A stretch of 64,000 bases of DNA from Mobula hypostoma (lineage: Eukaryota). Location of the stretch: contig NC_086101.1 in assembly GCF_963921235.1 (NCBI RefSeq), positions 10,356,001 through 10,420,000 on the forward strand, read 5' to 3'. The first letter of the stretch is position 1; every line of letters starts with the position of its first letter. Below, in pieces: positions 12,285-25,316 of this stretch. Under the pieces are notes generated by a model that saw only the letters and a list, made by a program, of their open reading frames with translations, was not told the origin of the DNA and did not search any database. The position numbers and the translations under genes were made by a program.

Positions 12285-14190
12285 TAGCGCCCTGGTACAC
12301 TCACCTCAATTATAAGCAAATGCTTTGAGAGGCTGGTTAAAGACTACATCTGCAGCCTGCTACCACCCACACTGGACCATAGAAACCACAGAAAAACTAC
12401 AGCACAGAAACAGGCCTTTTGGCCCTTCTTGGCTGTGCTGTACCATTTTCTGCCTAGTCCCACTGACCTGCACACGGACCATATCCCTCCATACACCTCC
12501 CATCCATGTATCTGTCCAATTTATTCTTAAATGTTAAAAAAGAACCCACATTTACCACGTCATCTGGCAGCTCATTCCATACTCCCACCACTCTCTGTGT
12601 GAAGAAGCCGCCCCTAATGTTCCCTTTAAACTTTTCCCCCCTCACCCTTAACCCATGTCCTCTGGTATTTTTTCTCCCCTAGCCCCAGTGGAAAAAGCCT
12701 GCTTGCATTCACTCTATCTATACCCATCATAATTTTATATACCTCTCTCAAATCTCCCCTCATTCTTCTACGCTCCAGGGAATGAAGTCCTAACCTATTC
12801 AACCTTTCTCGGTAACTGAGTTTTTCAAGTCCCAGCAACATCCTTGTAAACCTTCAATGCACTTATCTTATTTATATCCTTCCTGTAATTTGGTGACCAA
12901 AACTGAACACAATACTCCAGATTCGGCTTCACCAATGCCTTATACAACCTCAGCATAACATTCCAGCTCTTATACTCAGTACTTTGATTAATAAAGGCCA
13001 ATGTACCAAAAGCTCTCTTTACGACCCTATCTACCTGTGATGCCACTTTTAGGGAATTTTGTATCTGTATTCCCAGATCCCTCTGTTCCACTGCACTGCT
13101 CAGCGCCTTACCATTAACCCCGTATGTTCTACCTTGGTTTGTCCTTCCAACATGCAATACCTCACACTTGTCTGTATTAAACTCCATCTGCCATTTTTCA
13201 GCCCCTTTTTCCAGCTGGTCCAAGTCCCTCTGCAGGCTCTGAAAATCTTCCTCACTGTCCACTACACCTTCAATCTTTGTATCATCAGCAAATTTGCTGA
13301 TCCAATTTACCACATTATCATCCAGATCATTGATATAGATGACAAATAACAATGGACCCAGCACTGATCCCTGTGGCACACCACTAGTCACAGGCCTCCA
13401 CTCGGAGAAGCAATTCTCTACTACCACTCTTTGGCTTCTTCCATTGAGCCAATGTCTAATCCAATTTACCACCTCTCCATGTATACCTAGCAAATGAATT
13501 TTCCTAACTAACCTCCCATGCGGGACCTTGTCAAAGGCCTTACTGAAGTCCATGTAGACAACATCCACTGCCTTCCCTTCATCCACTTTCCTGGTAACCT
13601 CCTCGAAAAACTCTAATAGATTGGAGTTTTACCATTCACCTCCCGACAGAACCGGTCTCCTGATAATGCCATAGGCACAGCACTACGCACCATATTCACT
13701 CACCTGGAGCAGAGGGATGCATACATTAGAATGTTGTTCCTGGACTACAGTTCAGCATTCAACTTCATAATCCGCTCCAGATTTGACAGGAAGCTCAGAG
13801 ACCTTGGCCTGCCCCCCTCCTTGTGCAGCTGGATCCTAGACTTCCTACCGAATCGCTGACAGCTAATAAGGATTGGTTTCCTCACCTCTGCCCCTCTTAC
13901 CCTCAACACAGGTGCCCCCCAGGGTTGTGTCCTGAGTCCTCTCCTCTACTCCCTTTGCACCCACGACTGTACTGCCACACACAGCTCCAATCTGCTGATC
14001 AAATTCGCAGGTGACATGACTTTGATCGGCCTTATTTCTAGTGGTGATGAGACAGCCTACAGAGAAGAGGTTGACACTCTGACACAGGGTAACAACCTCT
14101 CCCTCAATACCCCAAAGACAAAAGAGCTGATTGTGGATTACAGGAAGAATGGAGACAGGTTTGGCCTGATCAGCATCAATGGTTCTGCAG
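12285..14190 (+). mobile_element. Rex1/Babar-type RT fragment split by a CR1 insertion
   Basis: LTSIISKCFERLVKDYICSLLPPTLD before 12378; resumes after 13625 with MLFLDYSSAFN, TGAPQGCVLSPLLYSL and IKFAGD. A separate (ACTATG)n-like tail follows at 14221-14250. Confidence 0.75.
12378..13624 (-). mobile_element. CR1 LINE, 5'-truncated
   Basis: RT ORF 12825..13586 ([26 protein letters not shown]); same family as 25317-26967. Confidence 0.95.
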
Positions 14191-14769
14191 ATGAGAAAAA
14201 TTATTTACTCTGCAAATGATCAATAAAGTATGACTAGGACTATGACTATGAAATGATGCAATGCCTTTTCATTCTGTGGAGAGATGCACAAAGAGCATCA
14301 GGTCTCCTATCCCAGTCCCTCCCTCTCCTTGTACATAGAACAGCAGACAAACACTACACCTGGTTTGCAGGCAGCTTCAGTCACTGGAAAGCCTGTGTAG
14401 AGGGATGGAAACCTGCTGCATTTAGCTCAGTCTCAAATAAATTTACAGCAACAGGTCAAGAGAAGAGCTTCCTGGAGAAACCAGCTGCCTACATTAAAAC
14501 TGGCCTCGCCCAGATCTGGAAATATGACAGATTGACTCCTGCCACAATAGTAATGATTTAACTATTGATGGACATAATTCAGGTCCTTCAATGGCAATTC
14601 TTTGCATGAAGGGGTTGCAGTAATAACTAGTTGTTGAGGAAACCCACAAGTAATACAACTGGATACTAGTTCTCATTTCTCACATCATGCAGCAGACATC
14701 TGGCTGCAAGCAAATGAAATTATTGTCAAAGTAAATTTTATGATTAAAATTCGTATATGTCATCATATA

Positions 14770-15112
14770 CTGTACAATAGATGACCTCAACAGACTCACC
14801 AGTGAAGTGTTGCCTCACCTGGAAGGACTGTTTGGGGCCCTGAATGGTGGCAAGAGAGGAGGTGTAGGGGCAGGTGTAGCACTTGTTCTGCATGTAAGGA
14901 TAAGTACCTGGATGGAGATCAGTGGGGAGGGAGGAGTGAACAACGGAGGCGCATGGGGTGCAATCCCTGCAGAAAGCGAGGGGGAGGGAATGATGTGTTT
15001 GATGGTGGGATCCCGCTGGAGATGTCAGAAGTTTCAGAGAATTATGTGTTTAACCCAGACGCTGGTGGGGTGGTAGGTGAGAGCAAACGAACGCTATCCC
15101 TGGTGGCGTGGT
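14770..15112 (-). mobile_element. Penelope-like fragment
   Basis: Reverse complement matches the KCYTCPYTSS...QGPKQSFQVRQHFT region seen at 28190-28280. Confidence 0.75.
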
Positions 15113-15640
15113 GCTCACAAATATCTGTAGACTCTTTAATTTGACTGATGGAGTGAGAGGTTGTTGAATTACTGAATTACTCTCACTGCAATCTGCAGAA
15201 TGTAATTTCCCTTGCAGACTTAACTCTCAAGCAAGCAGGTATGGCACCTTTAAGTGGATGAAGGTTCTGGCCATGGTGAGAAACGAGGCAGGAGGGTGTG
15301 GGGAGGGAGGTCTCCAAGCCAGGCTGAAACACACAGGGATGACGCCTCTCTACCCTGCAGTTTGTGAGCAAATCTGCAGTTGCTGAAGAACGACATTGAG
15401 GAATTCTGGCAAGATTGCTGTAAAGAGGGACAACCAGGGACTCTCATATTCTATGTTTGAACGAGACATAACTTACTAACAGGGTGCCAGACTTAAAGGC
15501 TGCTTGATTCACAGGATGGACTGAACTGCTGATTCAGGAAAGGCAAAAGGTGGAGGTGTGTGTTTCACGACAAACTCTCGGTTGTGCTCCAATGTGGCGG
15601 TTTTGTAATCTCGTGTCCACCGACCTTGAACACCTAACAA

Positions 15641-17671
15641 TCTTTTAAAATCTTTTTATTGAATCAGTACACAAAAGGTAAATCATATAGGCAGTGATAC
15701 ACTGTTTCAGTATAACCTTACAAAAGATATTAATACACAAAAAGAAGTTAGTACAAACAGTGCAGTTTAGATATTAAATAACAAGGTAATATAATAGTAT
15801 ACTAATTTTCAAACATGTCAATAAGGAAAAGGAAAAAAAACCCAACCCCCCCCCCCAAAAACCCCACCATGCAACTAATCCAAAAAGCAAAGCAAAGCAA
15901 TGGGCTAATTAGGTATCAAGTAGAGTTAAACAACTTAAAACAAGCAGGTCCTCAAACCCGACCTCCATTAAAAACAGTTAAAAAGCAAGAAGGGAATGTA
16001 GATATGGCCAGAGAGAGAAAAAAAATTACATTAAATGAAAATGTTGAATAAAATTTAACATTTAACTGAAGAATCATAAAGATTACTTCTAATTTTCTCC
16101 AAATTTAAAGTATCATCTGGGAAAACCATAAAAATGTAGTTGGAGCATTAATCTCCTTCCAATGTTGTAAAATACATCTTTTCGCCATTAAAGTAAGAAA
16201 TGCAATCAATCTATGGGCTGAAGGGGAGAGATTACTGGAAATTTTAGGTAATCCAAAGATAGCAGTAACAGGATGGGGAGAAATATCTATATTCAATACC
16301 TTTGAAATAATATTAAAAATGTCTTTCCAAAAAATTTCCAAAGTAGGGCAGGCCCAAAACACATGAGTGAAGGAAGCTATCTCCCCATGACATCTGTCAC
16401 AGAGGGTTAATATGAGAATAAAAATGAGCTAATTTATCTTTAGACATATGTGCTCTATGGACAACTTTAAATTGAATTAGGGAGTGTTTAGAACAGATAG
16501 AGGAAGTATTGACTAGTTGTAAAATATGCGCCCAGTCATCCACCAGAATAATAAAATCCAATTCCTTTTCCCCATCTGACCTAATCTTATCAAATGGAGC
16601 TTTCCTAAGTTTCATAATAGTATTATAAATAATGGCCGTTACACCTTTCTGACATGGATTAAGGTTAATTATAGTATCTAAAATATATGTAGGAGGTAGT
16701 GTCGGAAAGGAAGAGAGTATAGTACTTAGGAAATTTCTAACTTGGAGATATCTAAAAAAATGTATTCTTGGTAAGTTATATTTGTTAGATAATTGTTCAA
16801 AAGACATAAGGGAACCATCTAAAAATAAATCCAAAAACCGTGAAATACCATTAGTCTTCCAAATTTGAAAGACACGGTCCGTGGAAGAGGGAGGGAAGAA
16901 TATGTTGCCTAAAATAGGAATCGCAAGCCCAAATTGATTAAGATTGAAAAATTTTCGGAATTGAAACCAAATACGTAAGGTATATTTAACTATCGGGTTA
17001 CAAACCAGTTTGTAGCGTTTCAAATCAAAAGGAAGAGAAGAACCTAAAATGGAGCCAAGTGCATAACCTTGAGCAGATTGTAATTCCAATCCTACCCATT
17101 GAGGAATGGATAGTGTATCTTGGTCAAGTAACCAAAATTTCATGTATCGAATACTAATTGCCCAATAATAGAATCTAAAGTTGGGTAATACCAAACCTAC
17201 GTCTCTCTTAGCTTTCTGTAAATGTATTTTACCCAATCTCGGGTTTTTATTTTGCCAAATAAATGAAGAAATTTTAGAGTCAAGTTTATCAAAAAAGGAT
17301 TTTGGAACAAACATCGGTAGTGCCTGAAATACATATAAAAATTTTGGAAGAATAAACATCTTAACAGCATTAATACAACCAATCAAAGTTAAATAAAATG
17401 GAGACCATTTAAATGAGAGTTGAGTAAGGTGATCGATTAAGGGTAGGAAATTAGTCTTAAATAAATCTTTATGTTTACAGGTAATTTTAATCCCAAGATA
17501 TGAAAAATGATTATTAACCAATTTAAACGGAAGATTCTGATATAAGGGAACTTGCTTATTAATCGGAAAAAATTCACTGTTACTGAGATTTAACCTATAA
17601 CCTGAAAAAAGACTAAATTGTCCTAATAAATCTAAAGCAGCAGGGATAGATTTAGACCACAGATAGACCAC
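15641..17671 (-). mobile_element. L1/Tx1-clade LINE, 5'-truncated
   Basis: 424-aa ORF 16397..17671 (FSGYRLNLSNSE, YLGIKI, INAVKMFILPKFLYVFQ, LPNFRFYYWA), a C-terminal Cys/His knuckle (HVFWACP) and an AATAAA/A-rich 3' end near 15655. Confidence 0.9.
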
Positions 17672-18234
17672 AGATCACGTACCAACTGTAACCAATTGCT
17701 TGAGATATTGTATGATGCCCTCTCCAAACAAGAAACAGTCTATCCTGGTGAATTTCAAATCATAGTCAGGTACTTCATCCAGGCTTGTTTGAAGAAAACC
17801 CAGCCCAATTATCATCATCATATAACCTGTCGCACCAGAGGCCACAACAGACTAGACCACAGCTATACTAAGATGAGGAGTGCCTACCACTCCATGCCCT
17901 GACCGTAGTTTGGTAACTCTGGTCACTTGGCTACATACCTACATACAGGAACAGGCTGAAGAGCAAAACTCCACAGATTAGGATGACAAAGAGGTGGTCA
18001 TTGGAGGCAGAGAAGCGGTTACAGGATTGCTTTGAATCGGTGGACTGGGCTATGCTCAGGACACATCTGTGGATTTGAATGAATACACCATGGCTGTAAT
18101 TGACAGTTGTAGATGAGTGTGTCCGCACAAAATCATCCAAGTCTTCCCCAACCAGAAGGCCTGGATGAACCACGAGATCCACAATCTACTGAGAGCCAGA
18201 TCAGAGGCATTCAGATCTGGCGACCAAGAAAGCT

Positions 18235-18345
18235 CGTTACGAGCCTGCGGTCTCGTTTACCGTGACTGTGTCTTTAAGAGCGCCTGAGTGAGGCGGGGCT
18301 ATGACGTCAGTCACAGGCTGTCACAGTCTGTGTTTAAACACGCGC

Positions 18346-18381
<36 letters not shown>

Positions 18382-18868
18382 TGACTGACTGCAGAAGCTA
18401 GTGGCACCTCTGCTTGTCACTGTCTGGAACTCTCCTATGCCCAAAAGATTGAGTTGATCATCGGCACGCAGTGCACAACGGATGTGTGACTCTCACTTCG
18501 TATAATCCTTATGTGTGAATTCTGTAGAGTATCTTGTGTGGTATCACTTTTGTTAACCCTTACCTGGAATCGGGGTGTTATATGGTAAACACTGTGAAGA
18601 CGGTATTCCTATGTGACTGTCACCTGCTGTTATTCCTGAGTGGATTCTGAACGACTCGATAGACAAGATCTTCGACGATTGCTATTTCGTTTTATCAGCG
18701 TGGAACCTGTGGAATTTGACGTATTTGCCCTCTCTCTACATTCTTCCCTGGATTACAGATCTCTCTCCTATCATTTATTCCGTGGATTACTGAACCTTAC
18801 TAAATTGCCATCTTGAGACTTTATTTACTATTCCTAATCTTGATAGTCATTCACACACACACATAACA
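18235..18868. repeat. Probable solo LTR containing a (GA)n(CAGA)n(CTGA)n microsatellite
   Basis: Non-coding block interrupting the Rex1-type element, with ends CGTTA...TAACA resembling TGTTA...TAACA. No TSD recognised. Confidence 0.45.
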
Positions 18869-20188
18869 CTGTTGGTGATAAAGCATATCTACCCCTGCCT
18901 GAGAAGTGAAATGTATCCACTCCAATTCGCCTACTGAAGCAAAAGGTCCACAGCAAATTTCATCTCATTGGCTCTCCACTTAACGCTGGAACATTTGGAC
19001 AGCAAAAATGAGATCCCCCTTCATCCTTCTAAAGATGCATACATCAAGATACGCTTTATTGACTGCAGCTCAGCATTTAATACCAATTTCCCCTCAAAAC
19101 TAATGTGAGCTTCAGACCTAGCTCTCACTTCCTGCTTCTGCAGCTGGAGCTTCAACTTCCTCAATTACAGACCAGTCAGTACGGATTGGCAACAACATCT
19201 CCTTCGTGATCTCCATCAGCACAGTTGCACCACAATGCTGTGTGCTCAGCTCTCTAGTCTACTTGCTTTACAATGTGTGGCTAAGCTCAGCTCCAATGCC
19301 ACATTAAAGTTTGCTGATGACATCACTGTCATACGTTGAATCAAAGGTGATAATGAATCAACATATAAGAGGGAGTTTGACTACCTGGCTGAGTGCTACC
19401 AGAACAACAACCTCTCACACAATGTCAGCAAGACCAAAGAGCTGATTCTTGACTTTAGGAGGTGTAAACCAGAGGTTCAAGAGCCAGTCCTCATCAGTGG
19501 ATCAGAAGTGGAAAGGGTCAGCAATTTCCTCAGTACTGTATTATTATTTTTGAGGATCTGTCCTTGGCCCAGTAGGCAAGTTCAATTATGAAGAAAGCAC
19601 AGCAGACCCTCTAATTCTTCAGGAGTTTATGAAGATTTCTATGACATCTACAACTTTGAGAAACTTCTATTGTGCTAGAGGAGAGTATATTGACTGGCTG
19701 CATTAGAGCCTGGTATGGAGACACCAATACCCTTAAACAGAATATCCTATGAAACGCAGTGGACACAGCCCAGTCCATCACAGGTAAGTCCTCCCCACCA
19801 GTGTGCGTATCTACATGAACCATTGTCACAGGAAAGCAGCATCCATCATCAGGGACCCCTCCACGCAGGTCCTGCTCTCTTCTTGCTGCTTCTATCAGGA
19901 ATAAGGTACAGGAGCCTCAGGACTCACACCAACAGGTTGAGGATCAATTATTATCCCTCAACCATCAGGCTCTTGAACCAAAGTGGATCACTTCACTTGC
20001 CCCATCTTTGAAATGTTCCCCACAACCTATGGATCACCTTCAAGGACTCTTCATCTCATGTTCTCAATATTTGTCACTTATTTATTATCAGTTGCACAGT
20101 TTGCACAGTGGTTGAATGCCAAAGTTGGTGCAGTCTCTCATTGATTCTCTATGGTTATTTATTTATTTAAAAATTATTTATTTTAATA

Positions 20189-20845
20189 TTGGTCCTTCAA
20201 CACCAGCTCCATAGCCAAGGAAGCCCAGCAGCGTCTCTACTTTCTGTGGAAGCTGAGAAAATTCCATCGCCCACCCCCCATCCTCACCACATTCTGCAAA
20301 GGTGTATTGAGAGCATCCTGGGCAGCTGCATCACTGCCTGGTTGAGAAATTTCACCGTCTCAGATTGCGAGACCCTGCAGCGGATAGTGAGGTCAGCTGA
20401 GAAGATCATCAGGGTCTCTCTTCCCGCCATTACAGACATTTACACCACACGCTGCATCCGCAAAGCAAACAGCATTATGAAGGACCCCACACACCCCTCA
20501 TACAAACTCTTCTCCCTCCTGCCAACTGGCAAAAGGCACCGAAACATTTGGACTCTCACAACCAGACTGTGTAACAGCTTCTTCCCCCAAGCCATCAGAC
20601 TCCTCAATACCCAGAGCCTGGACTGACACCAACCTACTGCCCTCTACTGTGCCTATTGTCTTGTTTATTATTTATTGTACTGGCTTGCACTGTTTTGTGC
20701 ACTTTATGCATTCCTGTATAGGTCTGTAGACCAGTGTGGTTTTGTGTTGTTTCATGTAGCACCATGGTCCTGAAACATTGTCTCATTTTTACAGAGTACT
20801 GTACCAGCAGTTATGGTCGAAATGACAATAATAGTGACTTGACTT
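20189..20845 (+). mobile_element. Rex1/Babar-type LINE 3' fragment
   Basis: [13 protein letters not shown]...[12 protein letters not shown]...[19 protein letters not shown] motifs; (GACTT)n-like tail. Confidence 0.8.
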
Positions 20846-20847
20846 AT

Positions 20848-21110
20848 TGAGACACAGTGAAGAATAGGCCCTTCTGGCCCTTCGAGCCACATTGCCCGGC
20901 AGCACACCGTCCACTGTCCCAATATAATCCTAGCAAAATCCTGGTACAATTTACAATGTCCAACTAACCTTCCAACTGGTCTGTCTTTGGACTGTGGGTG
21001 AAAACCCGAGCACCCAGAGGAAACCCACTCGGTCATGGGGAGAACATACAAACTCCTTGTATCTGGGTTGCCTGTACTGTAAAGCGTTGTGCTAAGCACG
21101 ATGCTAATGT
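20848..21110 (-). mobile_element. HE1/V-SINE-like SINE with CR1-like 3' tail
   Basis: Minus-strand core gtgggtttcctctgggtgctcgggttttcacccacagtccaaagac and tail ggctcgaagggccagaagggcct. Confidence 0.7.
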
Positions 21111-21447
21111 GACTATGATGGATTTATTGAGTATGCCTGCAAGAAAATGAAACTCAGGTTTGCATATGGTGACATATATTTATTTTGATCATAAATTTAC
21201 TTTGAACATATTTTAGCACCATTCAGCTAGGTACCCTGTGTCACTCCTGTACACCGACTCATCACCAGCTGTGATTCATCCAGTGATATAATTGGCAAAC
21301 GTGTATAAAGTTGTGTGAGGAGCTATTTCAAAGAAACTTCTGTTTTCCAGCCTCGCTGACAAGCTCTGTGAAAACAGACTCTGCCTCTGAATGAGTTTTA
21401 TCAGACCTTGACTTTCAACAATAAAACAGACAGGTCCTCAGGGGTAA

Positions 21448-22370
21448 TAAACACACACAAACTCCTGGAGGAACTCAGCAGGCCAGGCAGCATCTACGGA
21501 AAGTGTACAGTCAACGTTCTGGGCCTAAACCCTTCAGTTGGACTGGGAAAAAAAGCCCGAGAAGTAGCTTTAAATGGGGGGCGGGGGGAAGGGAGAGAGA
21601 GACACCAGGTGATAGGTGAAACCAGAAGGGGGAGGGATGAAGTAAAGATCTGGGACGTTGATTGGTGAAGGAGACAGAAGGGATAGAAGAAATAAAAGGG
21701 GGGAGGGAGGGGGAGATGAGCACCAGAGGGAGGCGATGGGTGGATAAAGAGAAAAGGTGGGAGAGGGAAAAGGGAATGGGAATGGTGAAGGGGAGGGGGT
21801 TATTACCAGAAGTTTGAGAAATCGATGTTCATACCATCAGTTTGGAGGCGACCCAAACAGAATATAAAGTGCTGTTTTCCAACCAAACTGTGGCCTCATC
21901 GCAATATTGGAGGAGGTCATGGATAGACATATCAGGATGGGAATGGGATGTGGAATTAAAATGGGTGGCCACTGGGAGATCCCGCTTTTTCTGACTGACA
22001 GAACATAGGTGCTTGGTGTTGGGTCTCAATGATTTACGGGAGGCCACACTTGGAGCACCGGACACAGTATATAAACCCAACAGACTCACAGGTGAAGTGT
22101 CACCTCACCAAGAAGGACTGTTTAGGGCCCTGCATAGTAGTGAGGGAGGAGGTGTAGGGGCAGGTGTAGCACTTGTTCCGCTTGCAAGGATAAGTGCCAG
22201 GAGGGAGATCAGTGGAGAGGGACAAATGCACAAGGAAGTCGCACAGGGAGGGGTCCCTGCAGAAAACAGAAAGTGAGTTAAAAAGGTGGGAGGAGGGGAA
22301 AGAGAAACACAAGGTGAGAGATGAAACTGGGAGGGGGAGGGGTGAAGGAGCTGGGAAGTTGATTGGTGAG
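21448..22370 (-). mobile_element. Penelope-like element 3' part (GIY-YIG + terminal repeat)
   Basis: PGTYPCKRNKCYTCPYTSS and DLPVATHFNS motifs; terminal repeat with a decayed hammerhead motif at ~21510-21545. Confidence 0.8.
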
Positions 22371-22371
22371 A

Positions 22372-24416
22372 ATGTGGTTGATGTTTAGGGATCTGTTGCA
22401 GGATGTTAGGGATAAATTTGTCCCGGTGAGGAAGATAAAGACTGGTAGCGTGAAGTAACCATGGGTGACAAGTGAGGTGGAAAATCTAGTCAGGTGGAAG
22501 AAGGCAGCAAGGCTTAGGAAGCAAGGATCAGATGGGTCTCTTGAGGAATATAAAGTAGCAAGAAAGGAGCTTAAGAAGGGGGTGAGGAGAGCAAGAAGGG
22601 GGCATGAGAAGGCCTTGGCGAGTAGAGTAAAGGAAAACCCTAAGGCATTCTTCAATTATGTGAAGAACAAAAGGATGACAGGAGTGAAGGTAGGGCTGAT
22701 TAGAGATGAAGGTGGGACGATGTGCCTGGAGGCTGTGGAAGTGAGCGAGGTCCTCAATGAATACTTCTCTTCGGTATTCACCAATAAGAGGGAATTTGAT
22801 GACGGTGAGGACAATATGAGTGAGGTTGATGTTCTGGAGCATGTTGATATTAAGGGAGTGGAGGTGTTGGAGTTGTTAAAATACATTAGGACAGATAAGT
22901 CCCCGGGGCCTGACGGAATATTCCTCAGGCTGCTCCGTGAGGTGAGGGAAGAGATTGCTGAGCCTCTGGCTAGAATCTTTATGTCCTTGTTGTCCACGGG
23001 AATGGTACCGGAGGATTGGAGGGAGGCAAATGTTGTCCCCTTGTTCAAAAAAGGTAGTAGGGATAGTCTGGGTAATTATAGACCAGTGAGCCTTACGTCT
23101 GTGGTGGGAAAGCTGTTGAAAAAGATTCTTTGAGATAGGATCTATGGGCATTTAGAGAATCATGGTCTGATCAGGGACAGTCAGCATGGCTTTGTGAAGG
23201 GCAGATCGTGTCTAACAAGCCTGATAGAGTTCTTTGAGGAGGTGACCAGGCATATAGATGAGGGTAGTGCAGTGGATGTGATCTATATGGATTTTAGTAA
23301 AGCATTTGACAAGGTTACACACTGTAGGCTTATTCAGAAAGTCAGAAGGCATGGGATCCAGGGAGGTTTGGCCAGGTGGATTCAGAATTGGCTTGCCTGC
23401 TGAAAGCAGAGGGTGGTGGTGGAGGGAGTACATTCAGATTGGAGGGTTGAGACTAGTGGTGTCCCACAAGGATCTGTTCTGGGACCTCTATTTTTCATGA
23501 TTTTTATTAATGACCTGGATGTGGGGTTAGAAGGGTGGGTTGGCAAGTTGCTGACAACAGAAAGATTGGTGGTGTTGTAGATGGTGTAGAGGGTTGTCGA
23601 AGATTGCAGAGAGACATTGATAGGATGCAGGAGTGGGCTGAGAAGTGGCAGATGGAGTTCAACCCAGAGAAGTGTGAGGTGGTACACTTTGGAAGGAGAA
23701 ACTCTAAGGCAAAGTAAATGGCAGGATACTTGGTAGTGTGGAGGAGCAGGGGGATCTGGGGGTACATATCCATAGATCCCTGAAAGTTGCCTCACAGATA
23801 GATAAGGTAGTTAAGAAAGCTTATGGGGTGTTAGCTTTCATAAGTCGAGGGATAGAGTTTAAGAGTCGCGATGTAATGATGCAGCTCTATAAAACTCTGG
23901 TTAGGCCACACTTGGAGTATTGTGTCCAGTTCTGGTCACCTCACTATAGGAAGGATGTGGAAGCATTGGAAAGGGTACGGAGGAGATTTACCAGGATGCT
24001 GCCTGGTTTACAGAGTATGCATTATGATCAGAGATTAAGGGAGCTAGGGCTTTACTCTTTGGAGAGAAGGAGGATGAGAGGAGACATGATAGAGGTGTAC
24101 AAGATAATAAGAGGAATAGATAGAGTGGATAGCCAGTGCCTCTGCCCCAGGCACCACTGCTCAATACAAGAGGACATGGCTTTAAGGTAAGGGATGGGTA
24201 GTTCAAGGGGGTATTAGAGGAAGGTTTTTTACTCAGAGAGTGGTTGGTGTGTGGAATGCACGGCCTGAGTCAGTGGTGGAGGCAGATACACTTGTGAAAT
24301 TTAAGAGACTACTGGACAGGAATTTAAGGTGGGGTGTTAGATGTGAAGCAGGGTTTGAGGGTTGACACAATATTGTGAGCCGAAGACCCTGTCATGTGCT
24401 GTACTGTTCTATGTTA
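22372..24416 (+). mobile_element. CR1 LINE, 5'-truncated, degenerate
   Basis: ORF2 fragments 22465..23133, 23194..23403 and 23738..24190, plus CR1 3' tail. Confidence 0.95.
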
Positions 24417-24599
24417 TAAAGAAATACAGAGCTAGAGAAAGGGGAATCTAACGGAGAGGGCAGAAGGCCCAGGAAGAAAGAAAAGGGGGAGGAGCACTAG
24501 AGGGAGTTGTTGGGCTGGTATTGTCCTCTCCAATCCCCGACACAGTTTCACCCTCTTCGTCCCGCCTATTCAACTGCATCCATTTTGCAGAAAAGTACA

Positions 24600-24980
24600 A
24601 TAGTTTTACTTTTTCCTCTGGCAGCTGCCGTGACGCCGACTTTGTGGTGCTCCTGACCAAGAAAGTTCTGCTCTGAGTTGCTTACTCCGCGTTACTGCTG
24701 AGCGCTCGTTACAAACTTCCCCACAAGGAGTGGGGAGGGAGTTCTGCGTGAGGAAGCTAATCGGGTGAGTGGGGCTCGGGAACATGTCACCGCACGGGAA
24801 CCACCCGGACAAAGTGGGTCACTTTCCTCTTTCCTAGCGCAGTCAGTGAGGGGGAGACCCGCAGCTACCGGCCGGCTCACGGCCCCGAGATTGGCTCCGC
24901 CTCGTTGTTGTTGCCGGAGCCGGAACGGCGAACCCGTCTGCTCCGGAGAATCGGGAGAGCGAGGGCTAGGCAGGTGAGGG
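24600..24980 (+). promoter_or_regulatory. CpG-rich non-repetitive island; candidate promoter or non-coding first exon
   Basis: Dense CpG relative to the CpG-poor flanks, with no TE motif recognised. Consensus splice donors at CGG/GTGAGT (~24766) and CAG/GTGAGG (24974). Confidence 0.45.
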
Positions 24981-25316
24981 AGGTGGAAGTCCTTAAAACC
25001 CCAAGACAAAGGGGCAGAATCCATCATGGGTGATCCCGGATCCCACTGAACCCCATAAACCAGCCTTCTCGCCGGACCCTTTGATGTCCTGATCAATCTG
25101 GAAACTATCAACTTCCGCCTTTAATATACCCACGGACTTGGCCTCCACGGCAGCCTGTGACAGAGATTTCCAGAGATTCGCTACTCTCTGGCTATTAAAA
25201 AAAATCCTCCTTGCCTCAGTTCTGAAAATCCGCCACTCAATTTTGAGGCTGTTTTCTCTCGTTCTGGACGCGCCCATCACAGTGAACATCCTCTCCACAT
25301 CCACCTTATCTAGTCC

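Larger units (their letters stand above)
15370..20130 (+). mobile_element. Old Rex1/Babar-type LINE (APE to RT C-terminus), interrupted by an L1/Tx1 element and an LTR-like segment
   Basis: KGGGVCF APE motif near 15550; LQDCFESVDW near 18020; PLQFAY, IKFADDIT, KTKELILDFR and later motifs at 18900-19980, all broken by stops and frameshifts. Confidence 0.7.

Noticed and set aside
14253..14700. Non-repetitive-looking stretch as a possible host exon
   Set aside because: No recognisable domain or convincing splice-site pair; left unannotated.
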